From Pelagomonas calceolata (Eukaryota): 64,000 nt of DNA. A program made the translations under genes and the position numbers. The DNA lies in the NCBI GenBank assembly GCA_918797485.1, contig CAKKNE010000003.1, forward strand, positions 4,216,001 through 4,280,000, given 5' to 3'. Shown here piece after piece: positions 55,833 to 64,000 of the stretch. Position 1 is the stretch's first letter. Every line of letters begins with the position of its first letter. Under the pieces are notes generated by a model. It saw only the letters and a program-made list of their open reading frames with translations. It was not told the DNA's origin and did no database searches.

Positions 55833-55853
55833 CTAGCGGCCGTAAGACACTAG
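55833..55853 (+). promoter_or_regulatory. CTAG-box copy
   Basis: CTAGCGGCCGTAAGACACTAG, about 127 bp upstream of ATG 55980. Confidence 0.7.
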
Positions 55854-55979
55854 GGCTCCGCAGCTTCTGTGGCGCTATTACGCAACGCCAGCCCGCGAGG
55901 CGCGCAGGGCAGCCCGCCCGCATCCGCCAGAGAGAAGCCACGGCGCTTTCGCAGCCCCGCAAGCTATTTCCGTCGTTTC

Positions 55980-57653
55980 ATGGCGCGCTCTGCCACCCGG
56001 TGCTTGGCCCGGCGCGCGCGCGTCGTCGGCGCGCTGCTGGCCTCCACGGCGAGCCTCGCCGCGGCCGGGCCGGCCAAGGCCTCTCGGCGCAAGCTCACGC
56101 GCTACGTCATGGACGACAGCACCATCAGAACGGCCGTCGCGGCTTGGTTTGCCGACCGCAGCGGCGCCGAGACGACATACGGCCACATTTCTACCTGGGC
56201 GACGGGCGGGGTGACGGACATGTCGTGGTTGTTTTGCGGGCGGCAGGATTGGATGGAAGGCGATTCGTGGTGGGACGACTGCGTCTCGGCGGCGTCCTTC
56301 AACGAGGACATCGGCGCGTGGGACACCTCTGGCGTCACGACGATGGAGTACATGTTCTACTACGCCTCGGCCTTTAACCAGGACATCGGTGGTTGGGCGG
56401 TCCACAGCGTCGAGAGCATGACCTTCATGTTCCTCTACGCCACGGCCTTCGACCAGGACCTCGGTGGTTGGGCGGTCGACAGCGTCACGGATATGAGCTC
56501 GATGTTCTATGGCGCTTCGTCCTTCGATCAGGACCTCGGCTGGTGCGTGAACGACGGCGTGGACCTGAACTGGGCGTTCTCCGAGACCCAGTGCGAGTCG
56601 ACGTCGTGCGGTGTCCTTCACACTGCTGCTCTAAGCTGTGGCGGCAAACCGATGGGCGACGCCACCATCCGGACGGCCGTCGACCTCTGGCTCTCGGACA
56701 GCGCCGCTGCCGAGGCGACGTACGGCCACATCTCGACGTGGGAGACATCGGGGGTGACGGACATGTCGTATTTGTTTTGCGGGGTGTCACCTGGTCTTGG
56801 ATGGAGTAATTGCAACACGGCCGCTGAGTCCTTCAACGAGGACATCGGCGCGTGGGACATCTCTGGCGTCACAACGATGGTCGCGATGTTCGGACACGCC
56901 TCGGCCTTCAACCAGGACATCAGTGGTTGGGCAGTCGACAGCGTCACGGATGTGAGCTCGATGTTCTTTAGCGCCCATGCCTTCGACCAGGACCTCGGCT
57001 GGTGCGTGGACGACGACGTGAGCCTGGGACTCCCAGGCGCGTTCTTCGAGACCCAGTGCGAGTCGACGTATTGTGGCGTGAAGTGGGAGACCAATACTGG
57101 CGACTGCGACGTCTCGCGCACGGGCAACGTCATGGTCAACTGGAAAATCAGATGGGCAGTCTCTGCGTGGCTTGCGGACGCGACGGCCGCCGAGGCGACG
57201 TACGGCCACATCTCGACGTGGGAGACATCAGGGGTGACGGACATGTCGTATTTGTTCGATGTTTATTACAACTCGGGCGCGGCGTCCTTTAATGAGGACA
57301 TCGGCGCGTGGGGCACCTCTAGCGTCACGACGATGCAGTACACGTTCTACGGCGCCGAAACCTTCAACCAGGACCTCGGTGGTTGGGCGGTCGACAGCGT
57401 CACGGATATGAGCGGGATGTTCTACGGCGCCTCGTCATTTAATCAGGACCTCGGCTGGTGCGTGGACGACGACGTCTACATCAACTTATTCACAACGTTC
57501 TCTGGCACCCAGTGCGAGTCGACGTCGTGCGGCGTCAAGCAAGTAGCCGGTGGCTGCGCGCCCTCGCCAGCGCCGACGAGCCCCGACCCCGTCGTCGACG
57601 CCGCCCGCCTCGCCGGCGCCAGCGCCGCGCTCCTCGCCCTCGCCCTAATATAA
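55980..57653 (+). CDS. DUF285/BspA-like repeat surface protein (3 blocks), probable GPI-type C-terminus
   Basis: Three IRTAV..W...[11 protein letters not shown]...FNEDIGAW...FDQDLGWCV modules; hydrophobic tail ASAALLALALI. Confidence 0.88.
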   Translation: MARSATRCLARRARVVGALLASTASLAAAGPAKASRRKLTRYVMDDSTIRTAVAAWFADRSGAETTYGHISTWATGGVTDMSWLFCGRQDWMEGDSWWDDCVSAASFNEDIGAWDTSGVTTMEYMFYYASAFNQDIGGWAVHSVESMTFMFLYATAFDQDLGGWAVDSVTDMSSMFYGASSFDQDLGWCVNDGVDLNWAFSETQCESTSCGVLHTAALSCGGKPMGDATIRTAVDLWLSDSAAAEATYGHISTWETSGVTDMSYLFCGVSPGLGWSNCNTAAESFNEDIGAWDISGVTTMVAMFGHASAFNQDISGWAVDSVTDVSSMFFSAHAFDQDLGWCVDDDVSLGLPGAFFETQCESTYCGVKWETNTGDCDVSRTGNVMVNWKIRWAVSAWLADATAAEATYGHISTWETSGVTDMSYLFDVYYNSGAASFNEDIGAWGTSSVTTMQYTFYGAETFNQDLGGWAVDSVTDMSGMFYGASSFNQDLGWCVDDDVYINLFTTFSGTQCESTSCGVKQVAGGCAPSPAPTSPDPVVDAARLAGASAALLALALI

Positions 57654-57659
57654 CAAACA

Positions 57660-59581
57660 TCAGCTTACGCCCTCCCGCTCGTTCTCGGCCCAGTCGATCA
57701 CGAGGTGCCGCCCGTACAGGTGCGCCGCGCCCAAAGCGCGCCTAGCACTCGCCGCGTCTTGAGGCCTCTCAAACTCCACAAAGGCAAACCCGCGCGCCCG
57801 CCCGTCGTAGCGCTTCGGGACCCGCACGTTCTTGAGGGACCCGAAGGTGCCGAAGAGGTCGCGCACGTCGCCGGCCGACGCCGCAAAGGCGAGGTTGCGA
57901 ATAACGAGCTTCGACTGTTTCTTGGAAGACGAAGCCGCCTTCTTGGACACGCGGCTCGCCTCGATGACCAGCGTGCGGCCATTCAGATCCGTGAGACTCA
58001 GGGCCTTGGCCGCGTCCGTCGCACTACTAAATTCGACGAATCCAAACCCGCGGTTCGCGAAGCCCTCGTCCGCGGACCCGGGGAAGACCACCGATCTCAC
58101 CTTGCCTGCTGACGCAAAGTGCCGCTCCAGGTCCTGCGTGGACGTGGCGAACGACAAGCTTTTGACGAAAATAGTTCCCGTTTGCACTTCGTCGTCCGAA
58201 TCCTCATTCCGCGCAGGGGCCCAGCCCACGTAGAGCGGCGTGCCGTCGAAGGCCCTGTAGGCGAGCTTCTTGAGGGCCGTTCGCGCTTCGGTCGGCTGCT
58301 CGAACTCGACAATAGCACTGGTATGAGACGGCGCCAGCAACACATCTGTCACGACGCCAGACTGCGCGAATAGAGTACGGACATCCTGTACGGACGTCGA
58401 CGCGGGCAGGTTCTTCACCAATAAAGCGGTCCTTGATCGTGTGGCCGCGTCGAGGGCGTAGCCTTTTTGTGCGAAGTAGGTTCGGGCTTCGTTCTGCGCC
58501 GCGCTCTCGGCCAGCGTCGACGCGACGGCCGCATCACTACGAGTAGGGTCGAACAGTTGAGCCTTCGACGCGCCGGCGCGCTCTGCGGCCGCGTCCTTTG
58601 CCGATGAAGCTGATATAAATTCGCGCGATTGATCTTCGGTCGACGCTTTTTGCTTCCGCTCCTCAGCCCGCTTGTCGGCGAAGGTCCGTCTGATGGGCGC
58701 GTGGTCCGCCGGCCTCGCCTCCGCTCTCTGAGCCGTCAGAACCCGTCCCTCGAAGGCCGAACCGTGCAGACCCTCTACACATCTATCGGCATCAGACGGG
58801 AGGACGTAGGTCACGAACCCGAAGCCCTTCCGCTTTCTCGACTTCGCATCGATGGGCAGGTGGACTTCACTGACGGCGCCGTACCTCTCGCAGAGACTCT
58901 CGACGTTTTCTTCCGACGCGCCGTACGGGATGTTCGACAGGAAGACGCGCGCGTTGCCGTCGTCGTCGCCGTCCGACGCCTCTTCGGCCGGTGCCTCGTC
59001 GGCCTGCGTGGTGATAGCGTGAGCCGTTGACTCGCGGTCGTCGGGGCGCTCTCGGCCGAGCCACCGACACGACGCGGCGCGCGTACGAGGACACCGCCGC
59101 GTACCCCGTCCCGCTTCGACCGCAGGTACGCGAGGTCGTCCAAACCAGCATCAAAGGCCTCCTCGGACCGCTCTACCGGCTCGGGCTCCGCGGGCGCCTC
59201 TTGCTTGACCCCGGCCAGCTCGAGGAAGCGCTCGCGCTTCGTGGGGGCGAGGCGCTCCTTTGGAGGCGGAACTACTTTTTTGGCCTTTTTCTTTTTCGGC
59301 GGCTCGGTCGGTACGGGCGCCTTGCGCTTCGCCGCCGGCGCCACTCGCAATTTCGACGTCCGCCAGTAGGCGCCGTTCAGGGCCTTGGCCGCGCGCTGGG
59401 CGCTGTCCGCGTCCTTCAATCCCACGAACGCGAAGCCTCGCGACTTCTTTTTATCGGTCTTGCGCCGCGGGATCTGGACGTCCGTGACGCCGTATTCAGC
59501 AAAGTGCTTCCGCAGCGCCTGCTCGTCGCAGTGCGGCGGCAGGTCCTGGACGAAGAGGCGCGACGTGCCTTCAGTGGCCAT
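57660..59581 (-). CDS. RBM19: Multiple-RRM nucleolar protein RBM19/MRD1-like, 2 exons
   Basis: Five RRMs; SRLFVQDLP, SRGFAFVG, LKKLAYRAF...PLYVGWAP, VRVPKRYDG.ARGFAFVEF, HLYGRHLVIDWA; intron 59004-59104. Confidence 0.85.
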
Positions 59582-59734
59582 TTTGTCGATAGTCGAGTGC
59601 AGCGCCTTGGGGCGGACAGCGGTGGCCGCGCTTGGTCGGGAGCGCTGTGAAGTCGCCGGGAGCGCTGTGCTACGGGTCTCAGTGTTCTAAGCGAGCGTGG
59701 GCGGCACTGCGGAGGCTGCTGCGGATTGACGTTG

Positions 59735-59756
59735 CTAGCGTGCAGTAAGACACTAG
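59735..59756 (+). promoter_or_regulatory. CTAG-box copy
   Basis: CTAGCGTGCAGTAAGACACTAG between divergent RBM19 and PRP8. Confidence 0.7.
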
Positions 59757-60099
59757 TCGGGTATTTCAGACACGGACCGCGATTCGTCCGTGCACGCTCG
59801 CTGCGGGCCGTTCACACCTGTAAAGCACAGCGAAGACTGCCCACGGCACCTCCGAAGAGCGTGAGCACCGCGCGGCGAGGCTAGCGCAGCTCCCGCGGGG
59901 CCAGCGAAGTCAAAGGCCGTCAGGCGACGCCGTGCGCCGCGCGCCGCGCAAGCAGCCGGCAGCGCAGCGCTCTAGCCGCCGCGGCGTCCGCGCGCAGCCG
60001 CCGACGCAGCGAAGGGCCGCCGCGCCCGCGAAGGAACCAGCCGCGCGCGAGACGCGCCGGGCATAAGCGAAGGAGCCCGGCCGCACACGAAACGTAACG

Positions 60100-64000
<3,901 letters not shown>

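Overview
GC-rich, very gene-dense eukaryotic nuclear DNA, most likely a pelagophyte stramenopile alga (Pelagomonas/Aureococcus-like). This is inferred from bipartite plastid-targeting leaders, expanded DUF285 and ankyrin families, and transposon-like 'introner' introns. About 38 protein-coding genes can be supported, including ATP-PFK, an Obg-family GTPase, HDAC, Naa50, Mpv17, an NDUFAF8-like protein, a SAP30BP-like protein, a HECT E3, a FAAL-ACP fusion, TspO, RING-Tubby, an ABCB half transporter, a PHD protein, RBM19/MRD1, three DUF285 surface proteins and the 5' part of PRP8. I placed 24 complete introns by hand. All are followed by exonic GY, 7 have GC donors, and most fall into three repeat families, one with TIRs and 8-bp TSDs. 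The most striking unexplained signal is a 21-22 bp quasi-palindromic box, CTAGCG-N3-4-GTAAGACACTAG. It has 14 copies, all intergenic, usually about 85-240 bp upstream of a start codon. Three 5'-truncated copies of a probable non-LTR retroelement each sit directly beside one of these boxes. A mobile-element nest (retro fragment, long hairpin, 27-bp-TIR element) lies at 47.7-49.4 kb. No rRNA, tRNA or CRISPR array was recognised. All product calls come from motif recognition, not database searches.
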